Part shown: positions 54,801-63,303 of the stretch, piece after piece
Layout of the letters: each line of letters opens with the position of its first letter
Numbering within the stretch: the first letter of the stretch is position 1
NCBI GenBank assembly: GCA_034667725.1
Contig: JAXDQS010000010.1
Coordinates: forward strand, 288,001-352,000
DNA: 64,000 nucleotides
Reading direction: 5' to 3'
From: Thermoplasmata archaeon
Lineage (GTDB): Archaea; Thermoplasmatota; E2; JACPAO01; JAHFTW01
Program-made: the position numbers and the translations under genes
The notes under the pieces: generated by a model
The model's database searches: none
What the model saw: the letters and a program-made list of their open reading frames with translations, nothing else
What the model was told of the DNA's origin: nothing

Positions 54801-57653
54801 CAGTCGGCCGCCCTCGCCACCGGTGTCGTGGGCAGCTTGTCGACCACCGACCCCGGCGGCCGCGTCGCGCGCTCCAACCCGTGCCTCCCCACGGACGCGC
54901 CGGCGTCGCAGAACTTCCGCTGCAACAGCATCGGCGTCTACGACACCGTCTACATCCAGGTGCGCGCCATCCCGCCCGCGGGCCGCGTCATCGTCGGCGA
55001 CTCCGACGACATGACGATCAGCCTGACGTCGGACTTCAGCTCCACCGGCACCATCATCGACACCAAGACGGTCCGCACCTACGTCCAGGGCACCTACGGC
55101 CTCGACGTCGAGAGCTTCAACACCAACCTGGTCGGCTACCCCGGCCAGGTCGTGAAGTTCCCCTACACCCTCCGCAACGTCGGCCAGGAGAACGACCGCT
55201 ACTTCCTGCAGGGCAAGGCCGACACCGGCGCCGAGGGCTGGACCACCAGCCTCAGCTCCGGCAGCGTCGTCGCCGTCCCCGGCGGCCGCGAGTTCCACGG
55301 CTTCCTCGCCGTCACCGTGCCGACCAACGCGCCCATCACCGACCCCGCCATCCTGGCCGACCTGGACCCGGACGCGGCGCCCCCTGCGCCCGCGCACTTC
55401 CGCATCGAGGCCATCAGCATGGACAACCCGGCCAAGCAGTCGCGCGTGCTGGACTTCTTCCTGCCCGTCACGACCTACAAGGGCCTGACCGTGGTGGCGC
55501 CCGACGTCGAGATCGCGCCCGGCACCTCGGACCGCATCCAGGTCACGACCCGCGCCACCGAAGGCGCCCCGGCCCCCGGCGTGACCTACGACGGCTACTA
55601 CTCGAGCCACCCTGACCAGGAGCCCCCGCTGCCGCGCGGCTTCTCGTTCACCTGCCTGCAAGGCCCCGGCCTCCCCGGCGACAACGGGCACCCCCACTTC
55701 GACGACAAGCGCGGCTGCGACCCGAACGCCCCTTACTGGCTGGAGGTCTTCTTCAACTCCGGCGACGAGGCCATCCAGCAGCTCGAGGTCAACGTCCCGT
55801 CCAACCAGCTCGGCATCAGCCGCATCGCCCACCGCATCGCCGTGGTCGCGGACGTGTCCGGCAGCGAGGACATCGTGACCTACGTGGACGCCGTCATCAA
55901 CATGGGCTCGCTCTACGGGGTCGCCCTGGTCGAGGACGAGGACAAGGCGACCCGCATCATCCCGCCCGGCAACCTGGGCGCCGCGGGCCCGACCGTGGTC
56001 TACAACGTCCGCGTCGAGAACAAGGGCCTGTCCCCGCAAAGCGTCCTCCTGACCAACTCCGACCTCCCGGCCGGCTGGCAGATCTTCTACGAGACCCGCA
56101 ACCTCGACGTCCAGCCCCCGGGCCACTCGCTCGTCGGCGGCCCCGAGAGCTGCGAGTCCACCGTGGACCCCTGCAAGAACGTCGACCCGCTCGACTACGA
56201 GATCGTGCAGATCGGCCTCAGCGCCCCCGCCGACGCGGTCCCGGGCGACGTCGCCACCGTGCTCATCTTCGGCACCGTCCAGCAGAACACCGACCAGGTG
56301 GCCCAGCTGGAGCTGCGCGCCATCGTCGGCAAGTACGCCATGACCGTCACCGGCGTCCCGCAGACCGCCTACGTCGCGCCGCAGGAGCAGGCCCGCTTCG
56401 CCGTCGAGGTCCGCAACACGGGCAACGTCGACACCGGCGTGCTGGTGACGGCGGTCCTGCCGCCCACGGTCGCCAACGACTTCCCCGTCAGCTGGAGCGA
56501 CGACCTGTGCGGCGAGCCGTACACCGCGGAGCGCGGCGGCGGCAAGCTGGCCGACGGCTCGTGCAAGGTCGACCTGGCCCCGGACGAGACGCGCACCGTG
56601 CAGCTCGAGGTCCTGACGCCCGAGGCGGCCCCCACCAAGGCGGGCCCCGGCTACGACGTGACCCTGTCCGCCAAGGCCGCGGAGTTCTCCTCGGCGGTCG
56701 CCAGCGGCGCCCTCAAGGTCAAGATCCTGGACTACCAGATGGCCGACGTCGACGGCGACCTCCAGAAGGAGTTCGCGGTCGACGGCTGCACCGTCGCCCA
56801 GACGGAGGGCTGCCTGCCCGACGCCGCCGACGGCTACGAGACCTTCCGCGAGAACCTGCTGGCGGTCGGCGTCACGACGCGCCGCGCCCCGCTCGAGCAG
56901 TACCTGTCCGCCGACGGCCGCGCCGCCCACACCAAGGACGGCGCGCTCGACCTGCGGCCCGACGCCGACGGCGACGACAAGACCGACCTCGTGCTGGACG
57001 ACAACAACGACGGCCTGCCGGACATCCTGTGGATCCCGGCCACCAACCGCGTCCAGCGCCTGAACTTCACCCGCGACGTGGACGCCGACGGCCTGGCCGA
57101 GTACTTCGCCGACCTGGAGGGCGACCAGCAGTGGGACGCGGTCTACAACCTCGCCCGCGGCGAGTTCGTCGGCCTCATCCAGACCTACGCCGACAAGGAC
57201 GGCTTCCTCGACTACATCGTGGACGCCGACGGCGACGGCGAGATCGACCAGTACGAGACCATCCTGTTCGGCGGCCCCAACGGCAAGCTCGGCAACATCC
57301 AGTACAACGCCCTCATCGACGGCGACGACCTCCTGGACAAGGCGTTCGACACCGACGGCGACGGCCAGCCCGAGTACTTCCTGCCCTACGCGGCGCCCGG
57401 CGAGACCCCCAAGTCGGTCCCCATCGTCCTCGAGGACGTGACCGGCGACGGCAAGCTCGACTGGACCTACGACCACCTGGGCAAGGGCGGCAAGCCGACG
57501 AGCTACTACGACCCCGTCACTGGGGAGCGCGGCCTCATCGACTCGAAGGGCGAGTTCCTGGGCGACCTCCAGAAGTACTGGTACATCGCCCTGCTGTTCG
57601 GCCTGGCCCTCGTGCTGTTCGTGGCCCTCGTCGTGGTCACCCGCCGGAAGTGA
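51867..57653 (+). CDS. Giant membrane-anchored surface protein (Ig-like CARDB/NEW3-type repeats plus DxDxDG Ca-binding repeats)
   Basis: Signal peptide; repeated (I/V)xNxG...D...P.GW modules; many DxDGD loops; C-terminal TM plus RRK. Confidence 0.88.
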   Translation: MPAARFSRILAPALAFVMVATLLATPASAVAPFTNSVVDAQLVTDYGAGGPFGSWQKQYEWTTLYLHSSCAENVVGPEPTEDYSDCIPAGAATHLLDTQYPTKTYGNVMLLEPVDTTSGLGPTLTAGNYADFPNAAPCVNDYLVTADTLISGFDSTIWMSGDRINSNRLRVVATLLDGSSGACSPTGSNLATFDLTSSTPAPQSWSPIDPTTGVFSGAIDIPSAHGTEHGLLVKAGSRLRFSIGLVTDDTWTLGDGGANVLLDGVDVASRVRVHSDSARINMWTADRFGAVEDAFPNSAIAPIADRKVFFNAVQFDPFGHTQACPSVPAAANGCPRDAIEEHDMRLRIKDVTPTHTAINGFCSSGFLCYDRYVKLDLGQGLQDNDGGNRDSFLGCCDEPAIRPIKAPATTADNKEGIQRYAYTFVYGQTFPDGLYQIEFQDRTEKWVFTRTFEIGNTGFTFQFHPKEQTVNADGSIADHTVALGELTKYSMTIRNDGPRADTFGLAVPVPGLGWSASFSPSSITLNPKQEGSVEVTVAPAPAARPGDIKVVAVTATSLADSTVKTLYTRTTLTAQEEFGIELSSPMDGIQTRPQVPTNFPLDIRNAGTVLDQYVLTASNAPPGWVVQINPSFLPVKAASRETLSVRVTAPAEAAAGSSFTLLLKACRTVDMSVCGELSMPVNVYHVDDVRVSALKDHIVLRDAALDRSAGATKDRLFDQGPLFRVLVENKGDREDTIEITGGWTPGQGANDRTNCEGSPTNSGDGVPDGWRFNLLDSASGVEDPGLVLPAPAGGRLTKFTAGSPTYTFHPSPAAPQKGGAGASTNYAGDFRLGHLTLAPGASQYVFIDMYWVQPTGAGCLAQIATNYRTRMPAPVAEFRLTYRSLREEAVKGALVLTGEIDGSTRDDIVAEDARVPGTPHGVLLEYALGQSDIGFAPINSGSPWATYNLVLTNTGREVDHLKLRVDDGKNGWRHQILAQSAALATGVVGSLSTTDPGGRVARSNPCLPTDAPASQNFRCNSIGVYDTVYIQVRAIPPAGRVIVGDSDDMTISLTSDFSSTGTIIDTKTVRTYVQGTYGLDVESFNTNLVGYPGQVVKFPYTLRNVGQENDRYFLQGKADTGAEGWTTSLSSGSVVAVPGGREFHGFLAVTVPTNAPITDPAILADLDPDAAPPAPAHFRIEAISMDNPAKQSRVLDFFLPVTTYKGLTVVAPDVEIAPGTSDRIQVTTRATEGAPAPGVTYDGYYSSHPDQEPPLPRGFSFTCLQGPGLPGDNGHPHFDDKRGCDPNAPYWLEVFFNSGDEAIQQLEVNVPSNQLGISRIAHRIAVVADVSGSEDIVTYVDAVINMGSLYGVALVEDEDKATRIIPPGNLGAAGPTVVYNVRVENKGLSPQSVLLTNSDLPAGWQIFYETRNLDVQPPGHSLVGGPESCESTVDPCKNVDPLDYEIVQIGLSAPADAVPGDVATVLIFGTVQQNTDQVAQLELRAIVGKYAMTVTGVPQTAYVAPQEQARFAVEVRNTGNVDTGVLVTAVLPPTVANDFPVSWSDDLCGEPYTAERGGGKLADGSCKVDLAPDETRTVQLEVLTPEAAPTKAGPGYDVTLSAKAAEFSSAVASGALKVKILDYQMADVDGDLQKEFAVDGCTVAQTEGCLPDAADGYETFRENLLAVGVTTRRAPLEQYLSADGRAAHTKDGALDLRPDADGDDKTDLVLDDNNDGLPDILWIPATNRVQRLNFTRDVDADGLAEYFADLEGDQQWDAVYNLARGEFVGLIQTYADKDGFLDYIVDADGDGEIDQYETILFGGPNGKLGNIQYNALIDGDDLLDKAFDTDGDGQPEYFLPYAAPGETPKSVPIVLEDVTGDGKLDWTYDHLGKGGKPTSYYDPVTGERGLIDSKGEFLGDLQKYWYIALLFGLALVLFVALVVVTRRK

Positions 57654-57658
57654 GCCCC

Positions 57659-60601
57659 ATGCGCACCTGGACCGCCTACGCCCTCGTCCTGCTGCTGGCC
57701 GGCCTCCCCGCCGCGTCGGTGGGCCAGTCGCCGCCCAACCGGGAACCCGTGGCCGACGCCGGCCTCGACGTCTCGTACGCCGAGTCGAGCGCGCCCCCGT
57801 GGTCCCCGGCCACCAACCCCCAGTCCGAGGGCTTCCTCGACGGCACCCGGTCCTACGACCCCGACGCCGCCGACGAGGGCGCCGAGGTCCTCCGGTTCCT
57901 CTACCGCCCGACGCCGCCGCCCTCGTGCGCGGTCCCGTGCACGACGCCCGCGTTCGTGGACATCACGGCCCTGCCGATGATCGCGTCCACGACGCCCGGG
58001 CCCCAGTGCCCGGACCTGCAGCTGCGGCGCGGCGCCGAGAAGGGCGAGGCCAAGTTCCTCATCCCCAACATCCCGCCCGGCCCCCAGAAGGCCTGCGTCT
58101 ACGACATCGAGATGCGGGTCGAGGACCGCGACCTGGGCACCGACGAGCAGACCGTCCTGGTCACCATCCTGAACGACAACCAGCCCCCCACCTCGACCCT
58201 GGCGCGCCCCATGAGCTTCCTGCTGGGCGACACCTACCTGTCGGGCGTGGCGGTCGGCGAGGTCGACATCCAGGGCAACCACGGCAAGATGGTGACGCTG
58301 CGCGCCACCGGCCTCAAGGACGACAAGGAGGTCCGCTCGGTCCAGATGCGCTTCTGCCGCCCCGCGTGCGGCGAGGGCGCCGAGTTCGTCAAGGACGTCC
58401 CCCTCGTGGACAAGCGCGTCCTGCCGCCGCCGCCCGCCGGCGAGCTGTCGGAATGGACGGCGCCGCTGCCCGTCGACACGCCGTGGCTCGTCGTCGGCGA
58501 GTACACCGTCGAGCTTCTCGTCCATGACGGCGAGGCCGGCACCTTGCACATCGGCGGCGACGCCACCGGGGTCGCCTCGCTCTCGGTCGGCGCCATCGAG
58601 TCCGGCCAATGCGCCACCACGCCGCCGTCGCCGGGCCCCTGCCTGTTCCTGGAGAGCGTCGCGCCCATCCTGAGTGTTGCGCCCAACCTGTGCTTCCTCG
58701 GCTCGACCACCCAGCCGCCCCAGGCGCTCGGCGTCGGCCAGACCCTCCGCCCCATCGTGGAGGCCTACCTGCCGCAGCCCGAGGTCTACACCACCGGCCC
58801 CGGCGCCGCCACCGAAATCACGGACAAGGGCCTCATGGTCTGGAAGGTCACCTACCAGACCTGCAGCGGCCTGCGCGAGGCGCCCGGCGAGGTCGCCGTC
58901 GGCACCGAGATCGAGGTCCGCTACCCGTACTTCCTCAGCCTGGACACGCTGTTCAAGGGCGACCAGGAGCTCAAGCTGCGCGCCTACGACCGCTACGGCA
59001 ACCCGCCCACCGAGCTGGTGGTCCCGCTCACCACCGACACCGCAACACCGCAGTACCTGGTCGACGTGCCCGCCGTGAGCTACCGCGGCATCCCGTTCAC
59101 GGCCGTCGCCTACGTCCACGACCGCATCTCCACCCAGGTCACCCTGACGGTGGACATCTTCAACCGCACCGCCGCCGGCAAGGCCGTCTCGTACGTCAAC
59201 CAGACCGCCCTCGGCGCCGCCCCCGGCCCCAACTCCAGGAGCTTCATGGTGCCGCCGCTGCACACCGCGCTGCGCACCGACATGTGGGGCGCCCACGACC
59301 GCAAGAGCAGCTGCCAGTACCTGTTCGACCTCGACGGCGACCTCAAGCTGGACATGTGGTTCGACCCGCGCAACAGCAGCGCCGGCGGACTCATCGCGGC
59401 CCCCGGCAAGCGCGCCACCGACCCCATCGACTTCGTGGTCGACGCCGACGACGACGGCCTGGCCGAGCCCGGCGAGCCGCTGGTCCCCGGCGCCGTGGCG
59501 GGCGTCCTCAAGCACAAGGACACCTGCCTGTCGCCGTTCCAGCCGCCGTTCGTCGCAAGCGCCGTCCGCGGCCGCGACCTCGAGGCGTTCCTCAACAGCA
59601 GCACCGGCCTGGGCACGCAGGCCTTCCTGTTCGAGCTCAACCGCACCTTCCTCGGCCGCACCAGCTACAGCTTCGCGATCGAGGACGTCGTGTTCAACCG
59701 CGACGCGCTACCCCGCTACGTCTTCGAGTACAAGGTCAACGGCACCGCCCACCTCAGCCCCCAGAACCTGACGGGCTCGTTCGTGACGGAGCAGGCCTAC
59801 GTCGACGCCGGCATCGAGGCGTTCCACGTCGACCCCAAGCCCTACCTGCCGGGCGACGCCGTCGTCCTCAACGTCACCATGCTGCAGCGCTCGCCCCTGA
59901 AGCCTGGCCCCGAGGTCCCGCTCACGCTGCGCCTGTCCGACCCGGCGTTCGCCAACTTCACCAGCCCCCCGCTCGGCCCCGGCGACCGCCACAAGCTGAC
60001 CCTGACCCGGCCGTTCGACCTCAACGTGTTCAAGGGCAACCTCACCTTCGCCCAGCAGAACGAGGCCCGCCAAGGCTTCGGCCCCGGCATCCACGTCCTG
60101 CGCGGCAACGTCACCGTCCCCAGCCACGTCGAGGAGCGCGGCACCGCCAACAACACCGCCTCCACCCGCTTCGAGGTGTTCCTCGGCAAGGTCGTCGTGG
60201 GCCAGCTCAAGGCCGGCGACGTCGCCACCGGCGAGGTGTTCTACGTCCGCGCCGGCGACCGCGGCTTGCCCGCCGAGGCCGTCCGCCTCAACGACAAGGC
60301 CGAGGTCCTCGAGTCCTTCGCCGTCAGCCTGGACCAGACCTTCGGCTCGCCCCGCTACGCCTTCACCTACCTGAAGGACGGCAAGCCGCTGGATGCCTAC
60401 TGGGACCCCCAGTCCCGCTACGACCTCGCCAACGGCCACCTGTGCAACCAGCAGGCCGACGGCGACGTGGCGCCCAAGTGCCGCGCCGTCACCGTGGTCG
60501 GCTCCGGCCTGAGCGAGCAGGCCGAGGTCGACTCGCCCCACGTGGAGCTGCTGGCCGTCGTCGCGATGCTGCTGGGGCTGGCGCTGCGGCGCCGCAAGTA
60601 G
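57659..60601 (+). CDS. Large surface protein (PKD-like N-terminus, DxDxD loops, PGF-CTERM-like tail)
   Basis: NREPVADAG..., LDGTRSYDPD; ends DSPHVELLAVVAMLLGLALRRRK. Confidence 0.85.
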   Translation: MRTWTAYALVLLLAGLPAASVGQSPPNREPVADAGLDVSYAESSAPPWSPATNPQSEGFLDGTRSYDPDAADEGAEVLRFLYRPTPPPSCAVPCTTPAFVDITALPMIASTTPGPQCPDLQLRRGAEKGEAKFLIPNIPPGPQKACVYDIEMRVEDRDLGTDEQTVLVTILNDNQPPTSTLARPMSFLLGDTYLSGVAVGEVDIQGNHGKMVTLRATGLKDDKEVRSVQMRFCRPACGEGAEFVKDVPLVDKRVLPPPPAGELSEWTAPLPVDTPWLVVGEYTVELLVHDGEAGTLHIGGDATGVASLSVGAIESGQCATTPPSPGPCLFLESVAPILSVAPNLCFLGSTTQPPQALGVGQTLRPIVEAYLPQPEVYTTGPGAATEITDKGLMVWKVTYQTCSGLREAPGEVAVGTEIEVRYPYFLSLDTLFKGDQELKLRAYDRYGNPPTELVVPLTTDTATPQYLVDVPAVSYRGIPFTAVAYVHDRISTQVTLTVDIFNRTAAGKAVSYVNQTALGAAPGPNSRSFMVPPLHTALRTDMWGAHDRKSSCQYLFDLDGDLKLDMWFDPRNSSAGGLIAAPGKRATDPIDFVVDADDDGLAEPGEPLVPGAVAGVLKHKDTCLSPFQPPFVASAVRGRDLEAFLNSSTGLGTQAFLFELNRTFLGRTSYSFAIEDVVFNRDALPRYVFEYKVNGTAHLSPQNLTGSFVTEQAYVDAGIEAFHVDPKPYLPGDAVVLNVTMLQRSPLKPGPEVPLTLRLSDPAFANFTSPPLGPGDRHKLTLTRPFDLNVFKGNLTFAQQNEARQGFGPGIHVLRGNVTVPSHVEERGTANNTASTRFEVFLGKVVVGQLKAGDVATGEVFYVRAGDRGLPAEAVRLNDKAEVLESFAVSLDQTFGSPRYAFTYLKDGKPLDAYWDPQSRYDLANGHLCNQQADGDVAPKCRAVTVVGSGLSEQAEVDSPHVELLAVVAMLLGLALRRRK

Positions 60602-60663
60602 CCAACGCCAGAGCGTCCCCGGCAGTCGTGCGCCTTATCCGGGTCCCGCGCTTCGCGCCCCTG

Positions 60664-61917
60664 ATGACGTGGAAGGGGCGGTTCCTAGGGGCCGCGGAGG
60701 ACATCGGGCGCCTCGGGTTCGTCCTGGAGTCGGCGGGCAGCAAGTTCCTGTTCGACTACGGCATGGAGCCGGACAAGCCGCCGCAGTATCCGCTGCCGGC
60801 GCCGCCCATCGACCGGGTGTTCCTGACGCACGCCCACCTCGACCACTCCGGCATGATCCCTTGGGTGGCCGCGCGCTACGACGCCAGCATCCTGTGCACG
60901 CCGCCGACGCAGGAGGTCGCGACCCTGATGCACCGCGACTCGCTCAAGATCGCCCGCAGCGAGGGCTTCCCCGAGCCGTACGGCGACGCCGACATCGAGG
61001 CGGCCATCGCCCAGACCGAGCACATGGACTTCACCCACCCGAAGCCGCTGGGCCACCACACGCTCCGCCTCCACTCCGCCGGCCACATCCCCGGCGCCTC
61101 TCAGATGGAGCTCAAGGGCCCCAACGGCACCCTGGTGTTCACGGGCGACCTCTACACCCGGCCGCAGCGGCTCGTCATGGCGGCGCACCAGACCCGCTGC
61201 GACGTGCTGTTCATGGAGTCCACCTACGCCGGCCGCGAGCACCCGGCGCGCGAGGACGTCGAGCGCGACTTCGTGGCGTTCGCGCAGGACGTCAAGGGCC
61301 GCGGCGGCATCCTCCTGGTCCCCGCGTTCGCGGTCGGGCGGGCGCAGGAGATCGCCATGGTGCTGGCGGGCAAAGGCTTCAACGTCTGGATGGACGGCAT
61401 GGCGCGCGCGGTCGCCAAGATCTACGCGCAGTACCCGGACTACCTGGAGGACTTCAGCGCCTACCAGCGGGCGCTCGCCAACGTCAAGATGGTGCACAAC
61501 CACCGCGGCCGCAGCAACGCGCTCCGCGAGGCCGACGTCATCGTCACCACCGGCGGCATGATGGACGGCGGCCCCATCCTGTGGTACTTGGACCACGTCC
61601 GCAACGACCCCAAGTCCGCCGTGGCGCTCACCGGCTACCAGGTCGAGGGCACCAACGGCCGGCGCCTCCGCGACGAGGGCATCGTGGACTTCGAGCCCGA
61701 CGAGCCCGGCACCCGCGTCCACAAGATCGAGTGCGAGGTGCGCCACTTCGACTTCAGCGCCCACGCCGGCCACAAGGACCTGGTCGCGTTCGCCAAGGCC
61801 ACCCGGGCCAAGGACGTCGTGCTGTTCCACGGCGACAAGCGCGAGATGCTGGTCGACGACCTGTCCGACTTCGCGACCGTGCACCTGCCGATGCGCGACC
61901 AGGAGTTCGTGCTGTAG
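60664..61917 (+). CDS. beta-CASP ribonuclease (aCPSF2-like)
   Basis: THAHLDHSG, AGHIPGA, FTGD, MESTY, PAFAVGRAQE, DFSAHAG. Confidence 0.9.
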   Translation: MTWKGRFLGAAEDIGRLGFVLESAGSKFLFDYGMEPDKPPQYPLPAPPIDRVFLTHAHLDHSGMIPWVAARYDASILCTPPTQEVATLMHRDSLKIARSEGFPEPYGDADIEAAIAQTEHMDFTHPKPLGHHTLRLHSAGHIPGASQMELKGPNGTLVFTGDLYTRPQRLVMAAHQTRCDVLFMESTYAGREHPAREDVERDFVAFAQDVKGRGGILLVPAFAVGRAQEIAMVLAGKGFNVWMDGMARAVAKIYAQYPDYLEDFSAYQRALANVKMVHNHRGRSNALREADVIVTTGGMMDGGPILWYLDHVRNDPKSAVALTGYQVEGTNGRRLRDEGIVDFEPDEPGTRVHKIECEVRHFDFSAHAGHKDLVAFAKATRAKDVVLFHGDKREMLVDDLSDFATVHLPMRDQEFVL

Positions 61918-61918
61918 G

Positions 61919-61945
61919 AAGCCGCCTGGGCGATTTGAACACCCG
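61919..61945 (-). repeat. Duplicated 3' end of tRNA-Thr (27 bp)
   Basis: AAGCCGCCTGGGCGATTTGAACACCCG is identical to 62049-62075. Confidence 0.9.
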
Positions 61946-62049
61946 CCCCCACGGCCGGCGCGCGGCCGCGGGGTCCGCTCGCCTCCGGCTTGCTGGGTGC
62001 CCAAATCCCCAGGTCGTCTCCATGGCGGGCGCTGGGCGCCGCCGATGCA

Positions 62050-62122
62050 AGCCGCCTGGGCGATTTGAACACCCGACCTGCTGATTACGAATCAGCTGCT
62101 CTACCAACTGAGCTAAGGCGGC
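62050..62122 (-). tRNA. tRNA-Thr(CGT)
   Basis: GCCGCCTTAGCTCAGTTGGTAGAGCAGCTGATTCGTAATCAGCAGGTCGGGTGTTCAAATCGCCCAGGCGGC folds as a cloverleaf; TTTAAA TATA box at about 62171-62176. Confidence 0.95.
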
Positions 62123-62171
62123 ACGCGCGGGCCCCAGAGGGGCCGGCAGGCGCGCGACTTGGCCGTTCCAT

Positions 62172-63245
62172 TTAAACGCGACGACCCCGCGCCTCACCGT
62201 AGAGGCCGCGGAACGCCTCGGCCGTGCGCCGCCAGGAGAAGCGCTGGCGCACCCAGCCGTGCGCCGCCTGCCGCTGCGCGGCGGCGGGGCGCGGGGCGCG
62301 CAGCGCGGCCTCCAGCACGCGCGCCAGGCCGTCGGCGTCGGCGAACCGCCGGGCCTGGTCGCCCAGGGTCTCGCGGAACACCGGGATGTCGCTGACCGCG
62401 ACCGGCGTGCCGCAGGCGAGCGCCTCCAGCGGCGGGAACCCGAAGCCCTCGTCCACGGTGGGCAGCACGAACAGGTCGGCGCCTTGGTAGAGCCGCAGCA
62501 GTTCGTCGTCGCCGACCGCGCCCAGCCGGCGGACACGGCCCCCGAGCTTGGCCTCCCATGCGGCCTCGCGCTCGCGCTGCGCCGCCCACGCGGGGCGGCG
62601 GACGCGGGCGGGCCCGGCGTGCACGATGCGCAGCCGCGGGTCGCCGACGCGCGCGGCGGCCTCCAGCAACTGGTCGAACGGCTTGCGCGGGTTGAGGTCG
62701 GCCACGCACAGCACATGGACGGCGTCGCGGTCGGCGTAGGCCGGGTGGAGCGGCGCGTCGGGGGCGGCGGGCTGGAACCGCCCGGACACGCCGGACGGGA
62801 TGGCGTGCAGCCGTTCGTCGGGGACGCGGACGCGGGCGGCCACGGCGTCGCGCACGGCGCTGGAGACGCAGGCGAGGTGGACCTTGCGGGCCGCGAGCTT
62901 GGCGAGGCCCCGGTCGAGCGCGCGCGCCTCGGTCGGGCTGATGCCAAGCAGGCCCGCGTGGGTCTGGGGGAACAGGTCGTGGACCGTGGCGACGTCGCAC
63001 CGCGGATGCGCGACGACGTGGAAGGTCGAGTGCAGCACGTCGCGCTTGGGCCACGGCCGGAACGCGCCCTGCAGCCGCATCGAGACGAAGCCGCCGACGC
63101 GCCGCTTGCCCAGACGCAGTTCCCACGGCTTGAGGCGGAGGCGCCGCACCGGCTCGCCCGCGTCGGCAAGGGCGGCGGCGAGGTCGTTTGAATAGCGCGT
63201 GACGCCTTGCACGGCGGCGGCGTCGGGCGCGTGCAGGATCACCAC
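62172..63245 (-). CDS. GT4 (GT-B) glycosyltransferase
   Basis: GVTRY, TVHDL, PRK, EGFGFPPLEALACGTPV. Confidence 0.9.
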   Translation of the reverse strand: MVILHAPDAAAVQGVTRYSNDLAAALADAGEPVRRLRLKPWELRLGKRRVGGFVSMRLQGAFRPWPKRDVLHSTFHVVAHPRCDVATVHDLFPQTHAGLLGISPTEARALDRGLAKLAARKVHLACVSSAVRDAVAARVRVPDERLHAIPSGVSGRFQPAAPDAPLHPAYADRDAVHVLCVADLNPRKPFDQLLEAAARVGDPRLRIVHAGPARVRRPAWAAQREREAAWEAKLGGRVRRLGAVGDDELLRLYQGADLFVLPTVDEGFGFPPLEALACGTPVAVSDIPVFRETLGDQARRFADADGLARVLEAALRAPRPAAAQRQAAHGWVRQRFSWRRTAEAFRGLYGEARGRRV

Positions 63246-63303
63246 GCCCGCGCCAAGGCCCACAACCCTAAGCCTTTTCTTGCAGAGGCGCGAGCCCCGG
63301 CTG

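Noticed and set aside
51801-57476. 1891-aa antisense ORF (similarly 2484..5348, 34917..39212, 44110..47679 and the long N-terminal extension of 8719..11400)
   Set aside because: Shadow frames of real genes caused by high GC3 and scarce stop codons; no recognisable motifs
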